Positions 29,497 through 40,427 of a stretch of DNA of 64,000 nt are shown piece by piece. Position 1 is the stretch's first letter, and each line of letters starts with the position of its first letter. The DNA lies in the IMG/VR virus record IMGVR_UViG_3300034200_001896, positions 1 through 64,000 of that record. One strand, 5' to 3'. The notes under the pieces are model-generated. The model worked only from the letters and a program-made list of their open reading frames with translations, did no database searches and was not told the origin of the DNA. Origin of the DNA: a virus. Both the position numbers and the translations under genes were made by a program.

Positions 29497-31558
29497 GTGA
29501 ATTTAAATTAGGAGACTTAGTTGAATTCATCCCAGAAAACTTTGATTATCCAAATTATACATATCGCTTAATAGGTATTGGTTATATAGAACAAATTACA
29601 GAAGATAATATTTATTTCGTTTATTGCGGTAAAGTTATAAAACAACAAATGAAAAACTTTGCAGAACTAGAATTAAAAGATAAAACCTTTTCTTTTACGG
29701 AAGAAATAATGAGGATAATATGCAGGAAGATAAATTCAAAGTAGGAGACTTGTTAGAATTTTGTACAGAAAAGCAGCAGCTATGGAATCACGATGACTTG
29801 ATTTATGAAGGTTACGGAATGGTTGTTTCTATTGAGCCGGGAGAACATATAGATGAAATGATATATACAGTTGATATTTATAAAGGCACAGAAACAAGTA
29901 TAAAGGCTAATGCCGATATATCTGGATTTAAGTTTAAACTTTACGAGTCACAAATTCATCATGATATGAGGTTACTAAATGCGGGAACTAAAAATAAAAC
30001 CAGAGATAGGTAAATTATATAAATTCCGAGAAGATAATCGTGAAGCACTGTTAAAAAAATATAGTCACCATTATACTGGCTTGCTTTTATGTATTCAGAC
30101 AGATATAATAAATGATATAAGCGTTCCAGAATCTGTAAAAAATTGGGTTCAACATCCTAATCCTATATATCAATTTGAAGTTTATAACTGCGTACAGATA
30201 TTTGCACAAATAGATTTTTTCGGTAGAAAAGAAATAATTATTAAGTCTCCTTTGTATTTAACTCTTTTTGAACTAAACGATATGATAGAGGATGCATATG
30301 GCAAGAAAGAAACATAAAATTGGTGATTTAGTTTTATGCACTCCACAAGAAGAAGATGTTCGGTTTGTTTTTGGAATCATAAAAAGCTACGACCGTCAAT
30401 TTTACTTTGTCGATTGGACCGATGGTAATCATGACACGGAACCTTATTCTTGGCACGAAATTCAACACTGGAAAGAGATATTACAAAAACATGTTAAAGG
30501 TCGGTGATTTAATAATGAATAAGTTTGGTAATCTTGGAATGATAACCAGTTTAGTTTATCATCCAACTATTAAAAAATATAATAGTGGTTATGTTGAGTG
30601 GTATCCATATAATCCAAAACAAGGTAAAATTAATTTATCTATTTCTAAACTAGAAGAATATAGAGATAACTTTACTGGTTATATGTTTTTAGAAAAACGC
30701 GGGGCACGGGTAGAATGAAAAAACGCGAAGCGCCTAAAAAAATTTTTCCTCCCGGCTCACTCATCGCCATGCGTGATAGTAAATTAATAGGTATGATAGT
30801 AGAATATGACTACGATTCCAACCTCCATGATTGGTATCGTGTTGAATGGTTTGGTGCGAACGGCGAAATTGGATGGATGGAAACCCTAACATCACACGAA
30901 ATAAAGATATACACCCGTGAATATAAGCAATTGCGTAAAGACCTTGGCATCTAGAAAGACTATGGTATCATGTATCTATGAATCAGTTCCTTGGACACTT
31001 GGTAATGAATTATGCTTACAGGTTAGGAATGGTTATCTATACAGATATAGATAATGGTTGGCATACGGTTGAATGGTTGGGCGGCAACATAGAAATCGCC
31101 AGTTATCCTACATTTTCAATAACCAATTTTATCAGGACATACGAAAATTATAAGGATGAAAACAAGCTATGAACGAAAGCGAACTTTATCGTGTTGGAGA
31201 ATTGGTGCATTCCCGCCATGCAGGATATGGAATAATTACAAGTGTATACCAACACGGTGCAACTATCTATTGGTTTGAACTTAAGAAATATAGTCCCGAA
31301 GCATTTCATTGGGTAGCAACGTTTAAAAAGGATTTGTATAATAAATTACGGGGTGAAGAAGAATGAAATACGCAATCGGTGACCTTGTGGCGTTTGGTTA
31401 TAAAATCGGCATGATAACCAATTATGATGTTAAAGATAAAACATATCAAGTTGAATGGGCGGCAAATCGCTTAGAGCTTATTCCAGAGGAACGTGTTGGT
31501 GCCCTACGCGAACACTTTGTGACACTCAGGAATTTGCTAAAGCTATCAGGATATTCTA

Positions 31559-31777
31559 ATGGAATTTAAGATTGGTGATTTGATAGCGGTGGAAACAATA
31601 AACTCTTATCATAAAACAAGTAAAATAAATTTAGGAATGATTGTTGAAATTATATCAAATAGCGATACTCCTTATCGTGTAGAATGGTATGGATTACAAG
31701 TGAACCGTCCAGTATACATGCGACAAAGCATTGAACATATGCGTAGAACTTATATAAATTTTCGTAAAACAATATGA
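31559..31777 (+). CDS. Representative SH3/KOW-like paralog
   Basis: MEFKIGDLIAV...LGMIVE...YRVEWYG...RRTYINFRK. Confidence 0.8.
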   Translation: MEFKIGDLIAVETINSYHKTSKINLGMIVEIISNSDTPYRVEWYGLQVNRPVYMRQSIEHMRRTYINFRKTI

Positions 31778-32179
31778 ACTTTAAGATTGGTGACTTGGTA
31801 GCAACTCCGCAATGGACATTGCATGGCGATAAAACGTGCTTGGGCATGATTGTTGCCAGAAACACAAGCAGTTGGAAGGTAGATTGGTATGGAATAGAAG
31901 TGGAATTTTCTTGGTATACACCAGATGATATAAAACTATTTCGTAATAATTATTTAAAGTTGCGTAAGGAAAATGGAATTTAAACTTGGTGATTTAGTTG
32001 CCACAGATGCTTGGACACCAGAAGGATATAAAACATGCTTAGGCATGCTTGTATATAGAAGAGATGATTTATATTGGAAAGTTGATTGGTATGGTTGTTA
32101 TGTTAAAACGCCTTGGTATTTACCATATGAATTAAAACCGATGCGTGAAAAATATTTAGAATTACGTGACAACTTATGA
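31774..32179 (+). CDS. Two closely similar adjacent paralogs (31774-31983 and 31973-32179)
   Basis: FK(I/L)GDLVAT..WT..G.KTCLGM...WKVDWYG...WY.P..K..R..YL.LR in both. Confidence 0.85.
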
Positions 32180-34118
32180 AATACGGTGAACATTACATAG
32201 GCCACATGGTTGGTTATAGAGAAGACGACCGCTTTTCTATTGGCATGATTGTTGGATATGATGAAGATATTCCGCATGTTCCATATCGTGTTGAATGGTA
32301 TGGTGAATATAGGGGAACAAAATTGGTTAATTATACGTTAGCACAAATAATGTTTTACATGGACGAGTACAATAAATGGACGAAGAAGATATCCTAACAC
32401 GACCAAAAGTTGGCGATATGGTCATGGACATGGAAAATTATGGCATGATTATAGAACAGATTGGTAGCAAGTTCCTAGTTGAATGGTATGGCCGGATGCG
32501 TTATGCTTATCGCTATGATGTTTCAACGGTACGTTTGATGCGGCAAGACTTCTTGTATTATAAAAAACATGGCAGGCATCCATTGTCAATGTAAATATGA
32601 ACTATATTCCACGTATTGGCGACTTAGTGTTATATGAGTCTCTTCATGGCAAATCTACTCTTGGAATAATTAAGGGCATATATATCTATCCTTCGGATTT
32701 AGAAAATATACATCCAGATGATTTTGTTGGCAATCTTTACCGTATACTTTGGATAACCGAGAACGATGAAGCAGGATATATTATAGATAGGGTAAAGGAA
32801 TATAGACAGAATTATTTAAGATGGAGAAAAAATAATGGTTTATGAACCACAGGTTGGTGATTTGCTAGCGGTTGAAAACGAAAATTCTCAAATTGTGTTG
32901 GGAATGATATACAAAAAATATAAAAAGGGTGGACGGACAGATTACTATACGGTAGAATGGTTTGACGAAACAACGTCATATGAATACAACATTGGCGACA
33001 TAGATACATTTAGAATACAATTTGTAAAATGGCGAGACAGTGAATGCATCAACCTCCATACATAGGTGAATTGCTTGCTGTCCATGACTATAAAAAAGAT
33101 TATATTCTTGGAATGATTGTAGACATATGTGATGATGGTGATTTTCCATACGTTATAGATTGGTATTACAAAGACGCATCTGTTGTTGATTCAGCTTATA
33201 CAAGTTTAGAAGATGTGCTACTGTATCGTAAACGTTTTCGGGAACTAAAAAAGAAACTATGAACATAAATATTGGCGACCTTGTGTTACAAAACGGCAAT
33301 AACCTTGGTATGATTATTGGTGCATTTGATGGTCAATATATAGTTGAATGGTATGGCAATGATGATGTAACGCCATACAAGTTTAATTATTCGCCGTTTA
33401 TCACCGAAAGCTTTCGCAGAACATACATGAAATACAGGAAATGGATATGAAAGATTATATTCCAAAACTAGGTGATTTAATACTAAAGCATGTTGGTAAA
33501 GAATATATGATTGGAATGATTGTCGAAGAATATGCCTCCTCTTGGTCTGTGGAATGGATTGGTCGTGACCTCCTATATTCAGGATATACACAAACAGAAT
33601 TGATGCATGCCAGACAATCTTTCCTAAAGTTTAAGAAAACCCTATGAAACATCCTATCACAAAAGTTGGTGCCCTTGTTGCCCACAAAACTAATCCACAA
33701 AGTGAATTCACCTTGTTTGGTCATGTGGTGGAGATAGTCCAGAACGATAGCTACCCACATGGTTATGGTTATAGGGTTATTTGGCACAACAATGATAGCG
33801 ATGAATACGTTTACAACACGCGAGAAATAGATTACTATCTAGGTATAGTTGAGGAGTTGAAGAAACTATGAAAGCCCATGTCGGAAGTCTTGTTGCAGTT
33901 AAAATAACAGGGCTTCATGCGTTAAATAATGGCAGCAAAATAGTTGATGGTAGCAAACGCACAGGTTTATTATTTGGTCATGTGGTGGAGATAAAAGAGG
34001 GTAGCAAAAAGATTATTAAGCATTACCGTGTTATATGGGATAATGGTAACGAGTTTCTTTACAATGATTATGAAATGGATACATATCTAAAAAACATACA
34101 GGATATAAAGAACAGTTA

Positions 34119-34592
34119 ATGAGTACTACCTACCCACTACCCCACCACCCCCCCTCTACCCATCTACTACTCCAGCAGGGGGAGATGGTCTATATGATAA
34201 GCGGGAGATTAAAGCGTGAAAGGATGAAAGGATATTTCACTACATATTCCTATATGGACCCGCAAGAAGTAGTGGACAACTTTATAGCTAATGATAGTGA
34301 AGCTGTAGCCAAACGTAAATCCACCGGGGAACTAATAAATATAAGTACCCATATGATTGGTTATATCCTAAGCGATAGGAAGTATAGTGAACAACATGCT
34401 GTGATGCAAAGTCCCCTATTAATAGGTTATGATATCCGTTGGGAATATGCTCAGAGTAACGGGCATCATAATATCTTTGAAGATGAGGAAAGCATTGTGC
34501 CATTAAAAGACCTAATTATATTAAACCCAGAAGAATTAAAGGGTGAGGTCTTTAATGATGGTGGACCCAAGAAAGGTCAGCAAGCCGGATAA
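34119..34592 (+). CDS. Hypothetical protein, possibly an expanded SH3-like member
   Basis: QGEMVYM...IGYI...YDIRWE. Confidence 0.55.
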   Translation: MSTTYPLPHHPPSTHLLLQQGEMVYMISGRLKRERMKGYFTTYSYMDPQEVVDNFIANDSEAVAKRKSTGELINISTHMIGYILSDRKYSEQHAVMQSPLLIGYDIRWEYAQSNGHHNIFEDEESIVPLKDLIILNPEELKGEVFNDGGPKKGQQAG

Positions 34593-34670
34593 AGATAGAC
34601 CATACTTGTTGATTGATGTAACTATATCAACCATCCTGTTATATTTTTTATATTGTATAGTTTCTTAACA

Positions 34671-34746
34671 AGTCAGAAGCATGACGCCAAAAGCTTGTCA
34701 TGCCATATAGTTGACGCCAAGATTCTGTCGTGACCATATGTTGCCC
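34671..34746. repeat. Tandem degenerate 16-bp palindromes (consensus YGTCA-N6-TGACR)
   Basis: AGTCA-GAAGCA-TGACG, CGCCA-AAAGCT-TGTCA, TGCCA-TATAGT-TGACG, CGCCA-AGATTC-TGTCG. Confidence 0.7.
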
Positions 34747-35080
34747 TACTTGTAGCGTAAAGATTCTATACATGGGTGGCGCTAATAACTAACAATGGCA
34801 AAAGTAGAAAAACTAATACGGTGTGTTAGGGATTGGAAAAGGTGAGAGTATTTAACCCCCACGCACGAAAAAATATCTAATCATTTCAAGGGGTTACGCA
34901 ATCACATATTGTATATTCTTGCCTCGCTTAACAATTGACATAACACATGGTACCATGCCTAATCGTTGCTGTATAGCTCCCTATATTCCCTGTATATTAT
35001 TAGGTGATTATGTCTGCAATTAGATTGCGCTTGACTTCCCCATCCCTTGTGATATGATGGGGGAAGCCCGGCGGCTGGCG

Positions 35081-35144
35081 TGTCACATGGGGGTGACAGT
35101 ATGGAAAAAAGGGGTTGCGGGGATAGGGGTACCTGTGTTATACT
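35081..35144 (+). promoter_or_regulatory. Operator-promoter module 1
   Basis: TGTCAC-ATGGGG-GTGACA, 16 nt, TTGCGG-18-TATACT. Confidence 0.8.
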
Positions 35145-35236
35145 AATATCGCGGTGTGGGAGTCCGTGCTAGCCGCCATTATGGGTAAAAGGTCGGGAGT
35201 ATATCAGACCTAGGCCCCCTGTCAAGGGAAAAGTGA

Positions 35237-35299
35237 TGTCACCCGCAGGTGACACCCCGAAAACCTCTGCTTGCCAATATGGGGAGGGGGGTGTATTAT
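35237..35299 (+). promoter_or_regulatory. Operator-promoter module 2
   Basis: TGTCAC-CCGCAG-GTGACA, 16 nt, TTGCCA-17-TATTAT. Confidence 0.85.
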
Positions 35300-35337
35300 G
35301 GGTACATCTTCAACGGCGAACCACGGAGAGAAAAACA

Positions 35338-35928
35338 ATGGCATGGAAAGACGGCAAGCGTACAGTGATGTGCCGACGGTGTTATAGTTATGGGCATAAT
35401 ATGCGGTCCTGCCCTACAATGTCTCCAGAAATGAAGGCTATGTATAAGGATGGAGATAGGGCCCGCAAGTGCTCCTACTGTTCCGAGAAGGGTCACACCA
35501 AACGCAAGTGTGAGAAGCGAACCAAAGACATAGCAGAATACGCTGCCGAGAATAAGAAGTATCGGAAGGCTTATCTTGATGCTATGGTTCAGCATGGTCT
35601 GTCCATTGGTTCTCTTGTCACCCCCATGGGGGCACGTGGTGAAAAGGATTTGGGTGACATTAGCCCAGAATATATTGGCATGGTGACACACATTGAATGG
35701 AAAGACATTCAATATCGTCGTCGTTCCAATCGTCCTATCCAAGCTAAACGGTTGGGCGAACAAGAGAATAACTGGAATAATGATATGTGGTTGGGTAGTC
35801 CGCCAATCAATAGCAAGGATTATGAAAGCTGGGGCAGATGTCAAGTATTGTCCCGCCGTAATGATATCCTGTCTCATGTTCCCGCTGATTGGTTGGATGG
35901 ATTGAGCGGGGCAGAGGAGTTCTTCTAA
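35338..35928 (+). CDS. Double zinc-knuckle (CCHC) protein fused to an SH3-like domain
   Basis: CRRCYSYGHNMRSC, CSYCSEKGHTKRKC; LSIGSLV...GMVTHIEW. Confidence 0.75.
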   Translation: MAWKDGKRTVMCRRCYSYGHNMRSCPTMSPEMKAMYKDGDRARKCSYCSEKGHTKRKCEKRTKDIAEYAAENKKYRKAYLDAMVQHGLSIGSLVTPMGARGEKDLGDISPEYIGMVTHIEWKDIQYRRRSNRPIQAKRLGEQENNWNNDMWLGSPPINSKDYESWGRCQVLSRRNDILSHVPADWLDGLSGAEEFF

Positions 35929-35933
35929 CCCAC

Positions 35934-35993
35934 TGTCACCGCAGAGTGACGCCGAAAAAAACCGGTTGCGCTTCCCGGTGGTTGTGGCATAAT
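35934..35993 (+). promoter_or_regulatory. Operator-promoter module 3
   Basis: TGTCAC-CGCAGA-GTGACG, 14 nt, TTGCGC-16-CATAAT. Confidence 0.75.
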
Positions 35994-36048
35994 AGGTTCA
36001 TCAATCGCAGTTAACCACCCACGCAGTATAGCACAAACGAGGTTGCAC

Positions 36049-37098
36049 ATGGCTGTTGATTTCAAGACGTTCCTTAAGGTTGTTCCCCACGTTGCCGCTG
36101 TCAAGAAGCCTGTCCTTATCCGTGGTCGTCACGGTGTCGGTAAGAGCGAGACTGTGTATGCCTTTGCTGCCAATCGTGGCATGAAGGTTGTGGAGCGTCG
36201 GGCATCCCAAATGACCGAGGGTGACCTGATTGGTCTGCCGTCTATTGACGGTAACAGCACCAAGTTCAATCCTCCTGATTGGTTTAAGGATTGTTGCGAT
36301 AATGGTCGGGCGCTGTTTCTTGACGAGGTGGACCGTGCTACGCTTGAGGTTCGTCAGGGTATTTTCGAGTTGACCGATTCCCGCAAGCTTAACGGTCACA
36401 CGCTGCATCCTGATACGCTTATCTTTGCCGCTGTGAACGGTGGTGTGCATGGTGCACAGTATCAGGTGGGCGAGATGGACCCTGCCGAGTTGGACCGTTG
36501 GACTGTCTTTGACCTTGAGCCTTCCGTTGATGATTGGCTTGATTTTGCAAAGACTAACGCTGACGGTCTGATTTGGGATTTCATTAACCAGAACCGTGGG
36601 CACCTTGAGCACAAGGGAGAGTTTGAGCCTAACAAGGTTTATCCCTCTCGTCGTTCTTGGATGCGTCTTAATGAGTGTCTGACCCATGCGGGCTTCCTTG
36701 GTACCGATGTTAAGAATAACCTCACTCCTATCTATGAGATTGGGTGTGCCTTTGTTGGCTTTGAGGCTTCGGTTGCCTTCCGTGACTTTGTTGACAAGTA
36801 TGAGCGTCAGGTGACTATTGACGACATTCTTGCTGGCAAGCTTGAGAAGGTTAAGGATTGGGGCATCAATGACCACACCGCTATGGCAGACAAGCTTGTT
36901 GCGTCGGGTCTGTTTAAGGAGGAGTTGACCGATGCAAAGATTGACGCTGTTTGCAAGTATGCTCACCTTATGCCGTCTGAGGTTTGCATGAAGTTCTGGC
37001 GTGCCTTGTCGGGTGAGAATGTCAAGAACACGGTCAAGATTCACGATAAGCTTTCCGACCGTATCATCACCATTCTTAATCCCGCTGCCAAGAAGTAA
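36049..37098 (+). CDS. MoxR-type AAA+ ATPase
   Basis: GRHGVGKS Walker A, LFLDEVDRA Walker B, AAVN, MDPAELDRW, PSRRSW. Confidence 0.92.
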   Translation: MAVDFKTFLKVVPHVAAVKKPVLIRGRHGVGKSETVYAFAANRGMKVVERRASQMTEGDLIGLPSIDGNSTKFNPPDWFKDCCDNGRALFLDEVDRATLEVRQGIFELTDSRKLNGHTLHPDTLIFAAVNGGVHGAQYQVGEMDPAELDRWTVFDLEPSVDDWLDFAKTNADGLIWDFINQNRGHLEHKGEFEPNKVYPSRRSWMRLNECLTHAGFLGTDVKNNLTPIYEIGCAFVGFEASVAFRDFVDKYERQVTIDDILAGKLEKVKDWGINDHTAMADKLVASGLFKEELTDAKIDAVCKYAHLMPSEVCMKFWRALSGENVKNTVKIHDKLSDRIITILNPAAKK

Positions 37099-37109
37099 TG
37101 CATGACATT

Positions 37110-37140
37110 GCGGGGGAGGTTGAATGACTCCCCCGCTTTT
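37110..37140 (+). terminator. Intrinsic terminator
   Basis: GCGGGGGAG...CTCCCCCGC-TTTT. Confidence 0.8.
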
Positions 37141-37171
37141 GTTGTATGTCTTTGCCTAGCCGCCCAAATAT

Positions 37172-37474
37172 ATGACAAAACTGGAACAAGAGTATAGAAG
37201 CAATATTGGCAAGTTATTTGTTCACCGTGATAGACAATGGACAGGAGCAGCTAAAGGTTGGGTGTTGGTAGGTGATTTGGTAATGATTGAGAAGGTGGAG
37301 AAACAGGGAGGATGGTATCACTATCACATGGAGATTATCAAACGCAATCTAGATAATGTGCCAGATATAAAAGATTCTAGAAATAAGCGTATTGTATCTT
37401 GCCGAGAGTTTCACAGGCACAGCGAATCCCCCCTGTCACTCTTGGGTGACACGGAAAACAAGGAGGTTGCATAA
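37172..37474 (+). CDS. Hypothetical protein, YxxxIGKLF subfamily
   Basis: YRSNIGKLF; 3' end contains operator module 4. Confidence 0.7.
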   Translation: MTKLEQEYRSNIGKLFVHRDRQWTGAAKGWVLVGDLVMIEKVEKQGGWYHYHMEIIKRNLDNVPDIKDSRNKRIVSCREFHRHSESPLSLLGDTENKEVA

Positions 37475-37494
37475 ATCTCAGGATGGGGTACTAT
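37434..37494 (+). promoter_or_regulatory. Operator-promoter module 4
   Basis: TGTCAC-TCTTGG-GTGACA, 15 nt, TTGCAT-16-TACTAT. Confidence 0.8.
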
Positions 37495-37524
37495 GTATCC
37501 ATAACTCGCTGATGGAGAAGCACA

Positions 37525-38721
37525 ATGGCTAACGAGACTGAGCAGTTCGACCTTGACCGTTATATCTACAATCTCTTGCAGAACGAGCCGTTCTTTGCAG
37601 AGATTTCCCGCCATGTTGAGAAACGTTCCAGCACCGCAATCCCTACCGCTGGTGTGCGTATCACCAAGGAGGGACAGTTTGAAATGATGTATAACCCTGC
37701 CTTCTTCCAGAAGCTTACCCGTGAGCAGCGGGCAGGTGTTATCAAGCATGAGTTTTATCATTTGGTTTTCGGTCACGTCACTGACCGTATGCCTGATGGT
37801 AAGATGTCTAAGAAGTGGAATATTGCAACTGACCTTGCAATCAATAGTCATATCAAGGATGAACTGCCCTCAATGGCTTGCATCCCCGGTGTTGGTCCCT
37901 TCAAGGATTTGCCGTTGTTTGAATCGTCTGAGTGGTATTATAACAATCTGCCAAAGCAAGACGAAAAGAGCGGCAAGGGATTGGGTGAGGGTTCTCCTGA
38001 TGGTGGTGGTGAGGGTGAATCTGATTCCTTCGACGACCATTCCCAGTGGGGTGAGAACGCAGAGAACCTTGACCCCGGATTGCGTGAACTCGCCAAGGAA
38101 CGTCTGCGTGAAATGATGCGAAGCGCAGCAGAGGAGGCCAACAAATCCTCTAATGGTTGGGGTTCTGTCACTCATAATATCCGCAAGGAGATTATGGACC
38201 GTATCTCTGGCAAGATTGATTGGCGTGCGGTGCTGCGCTACTTCATCAAGACCTCTCAGCGTTCTGCAAAGACTAGCACGGTTAAGCGTATCAACAAGCG
38301 TTACGCTTACATCCATCCCGGTCAGAAGGTGCAGCGTCATGCTAAGATTGCCATTAGCATTGACCAGAGCGGTTCTGTCTCGGATGAAATGCTGGAAGCT
38401 TTCTTCTCTGAACTAAACAACCTTGCAAAGATTGCCACGTTTACTGTGGTACCCTTTGATACGGAGGTTGATGATAACCTTGTTTATGTTTGGAAGAAGG
38501 GAATGTCTCGCAGGAAGGAACGTGTTAAGTATGGCGGAACTGACTTTGACGCTCCAACCAAGTATGTTAATGATAAGGGGTTCGATGGACATATAGTGCT
38601 TACAGATATGCAGGCACCAAAGCCTATCACTAGCAAGTGCCAGCGTATGTGGATGACTACTAAAGATTGTATGTCGTCGGCCCCTTTTAAGACTCATGAG
38701 CGGGTAATCCCTGTTGAATAA
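37525..38721 (+). CDS. DUF2201-type metallopeptidase plus VWA domain protein (MoxR partner)
   Basis: IPTAGV, KHEFYH, NIATDLAIN, DQSGS (MIDAS), GGTDF, LTD. Confidence 0.9.
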   Translation: MANETEQFDLDRYIYNLLQNEPFFAEISRHVEKRSSTAIPTAGVRITKEGQFEMMYNPAFFQKLTREQRAGVIKHEFYHLVFGHVTDRMPDGKMSKKWNIATDLAINSHIKDELPSMACIPGVGPFKDLPLFESSEWYYNNLPKQDEKSGKGLGEGSPDGGGEGESDSFDDHSQWGENAENLDPGLRELAKERLREMMRSAAEEANKSSNGWGSVTHNIRKEIMDRISGKIDWRAVLRYFIKTSQRSAKTSTVKRINKRYAYIHPGQKVQRHAKIAISIDQSGSVSDEMLEAFFSELNNLAKIATFTVVPFDTEVDDNLVYVWKKGMSRRKERVKYGGTDFDAPTKYVNDKGFDGHIVLTDMQAPKPITSKCQRMWMTTKDCMSSAPFKTHERVIPVE

Positions 38722-38732
38722 ATAAACACATA

Positions 38733-38770
38733 TGGTGTGGGCAGTAAGGCAGACGATACTGCCCACACCA
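38733..38770. terminator. 14-bp-stem hairpin, possibly bidirectional terminator
   Basis: TGGTGTGGGCAGTA-N10-TACTGCCCACACCA. Confidence 0.75.
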
Positions 38771-38820
38771 ATGATGTTTGATATAGCATTGCGGGGGCTG
38801 GGAATGGCAATAAACCTCCC

Positions 38821-38943
38821 AGTATATCAAAATCCAGCCGCCCCGTCAAGCACTATTTTCTACCTGTCACCTACGGGTGACGTAACGTGGGGGTGACACC
38901 CTCTAAAAAACCGGTTGCAAAAAGGCGAGAGCAGAAGTATTAT
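38821..38943. promoter_or_regulatory. Double operator with divergent promoters (module 5)
   Basis: Minus: TTGACG-17-TATACT (38849-38821); sites 38865-82 and 38881-98; plus: TTGCAA-17-TATTAT. Confidence 0.85.
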
Positions 38944-38949
38944 CTACCT

Positions 38950-39297
38950 ATGACCCCCACCGAAAAGCAATACGCAAAGAATGTTGGCAAGTTGTTTATC
39001 GCTAAGGACAGGCGATACAATACGGATAAGCAAAAGTTTGAGCATACTCATACTCTTTGTTTTGTCTATGGTATGTACCGTACTGGTTACAATGGTAAGA
39101 ATGGTGCATATGGTTACAAGATACAATCTCTTTTTCCTAAACTAGAACAAGATTGGAGAATGGATTATACTATAAGGTGTAAAGAGTTTAATGAAGGTGG
39201 TAGACGTGGCCACTGGCACAGGATGGATTATCTCCCCGCTACTCCTGAGAATACGGAACTGATTGGAAAAGTTATTGACGTGCCAGAAAATGAATGA
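38950..39297 (+). CDS. Hypothetical protein, IGKLF subfamily; predicted leaderless
   Basis: YAKNVGKLF; ATG 6 nt after the -10 box. Confidence 0.7.
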   Translation: MTPTEKQYAKNVGKLFIAKDRRYNTDKQKFEHTHTLCFVYGMYRTGYNGKNGAYGYKIQSLFPKLEQDWRMDYTIRCKEFNEGGRRGHWHRMDYLPATPENTELIGKVIDVPENE

Positions 39298-39309
39298 TAA
39301 GATGATTAT

Positions 39310-39645
39310 ATGAGTCAGACAGAAAAGCGATACAACAAACACATAGGCAAACTGTTTTGGTGTGGTGAACGAACATATAATACAGATGTAAGCGGATATC
39401 ATCATTACTTTACGCTTGTAATGATTAGGGGAATAGAAAAAGAAAAATACAACAAGAAATACCAATATATTGTAGATGTAATATCTTCCCCATATAAACA
39501 TAACGAAGGAGAAACTTACAAAGTTGGATGTGCGTATTTCTGTAATGATTTGTTGGAAGTTATTACCCAGTATGGAAATGGATACTTCCCAGCGACTACA
39601 GGAGATTTAGAAAAAGATGTTGCCCAAATCCAGAAAGCGTGTTAA
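39310..39645 (+). CDS. Hypothetical protein, IGKLF subfamily; predicted leaderless
   Basis: YNKHIGKLF; TTGACG-17-TAAGAT-6-ATG. Confidence 0.7.
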   Translation: MSQTEKRYNKHIGKLFWCGERTYNTDVSGYHHYFTLVMIRGIEKEKYNKKYQYIVDVISSPYKHNEGETYKVGCAYFCNDLLEVITQYGNGYFPATTGDLEKDVAQIQKAC

Positions 39646-39892
39646 GATGGGTTGCAAGCACAAGTATCAAGTCCGCATCGGATACGAGGAAGCGGAAAGC
39701 TTTGCAGGAGATATGTATCAGCTAGAAGTGACAGAGGTTTATGAATGTTTGGACTGTAAGAAAATCGTCAAGGTCTAGAAAAAAGATATTGACCTCCAGC
39801 ACAAAATAGAATAAGATGGTTTCTGAAGTTAAGCGAAGTGATTGCAGTTAACCCTAACCAGAAGTTCACTCTCACTAAGGACAATAACTATT

Positions 39893-40183
39893 ATGGCTAC
39901 CATTTCTAACTCTGACGTTCTCTCCGCTGTGCAGACTTTCGTTTCCTCTAACAACCGTCCCTGCCCTGCCCATTTCCTGACTGAGAAGTTTGGTGATGAT
40001 GTGCTGGATGTGATTGACGAGTTGAAGGCTTCGGGTGTTCTGCTTGGTCTGCGTGGTCGCAACGGTGGTCTTGCCACTCCTGATTCCGAGATTGTGGCTA
40101 AGCGTTCTGCCAAGTCTAAGACTGTAAGCAATACTAACGAGCCTGCCTCCGAGGCTGCCGAGACTGTGGCTGCCGTTGGGTAA
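39893..40183 (+). CDS. Small winged-helix protein with Rrf2-like wing motif
   Basis: IDELKASGVLLGLRGRNGGL; RBS AAGGA; own promoter and downstream hairpin 40203-40242. Confidence 0.55.
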   Translation: MATISNSDVLSAVQTFVSSNNRPCPAHFLTEKFGDDVLDVIDELKASGVLLGLRGRNGGLATPDSEIVAKRSAKSKTVSNTNEPASEAAETVAAVG

Positions 40184-40427
40184 GCTGATGTAGATGTGGT
40201 AAAGGCAGGGAGGCAGAAACTTTAACTCTGTCCTCCCTGCCTGTTGTTTCTAACATAAGGATTAACCAAAATGTCACTGTGGCGTTGTTCAGTTTGTCAT
40301 AAGGCAGGTCTTGAAGATGATTTTGTTTTCGTTCCTGTTGATGATACTCATGAGGATATATACTGTTTTGATTGTGCTCCTCCAGAGGCAATGAAACAGC
40401 ATTGGCCTGTCGATGAGGAGGAAGACA

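Larger units (their letters stand above)
29493..34119 (+). repeat. Tandem array of about 21 paralogous small SH3/KOW-like ORFs
   Basis: Starts 29493, 29720, 29979, 30298, 30491, 30715, 30978, 31169, 31363, 31559, 31774, 31973, 32176, 32376, 32597, 32835, 33044, 33259, 33447, 33644, 33868; shared (I/V)GDLV...G(M/I)I(V/T)...YxVEW...helix; mostly overlapping start/stop codons. Confidence 0.9.

Noticed and set aside
29493-34119. Diversity-generating retroelement or integron cassette array
   Set aside because: No reverse transcriptase or integrase in the window, no template/variable repeat pair with A-specific differences, and genes overlap without attC-like spacers
36001-37044. 347-aa minus-strand ORF, and similar ones at 4089-4760, 35296-35877, 37870-38340, 47478-48209
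   Set aside because: Antisense shadows of well-supported plus-strand genes, with no motifs or RBS
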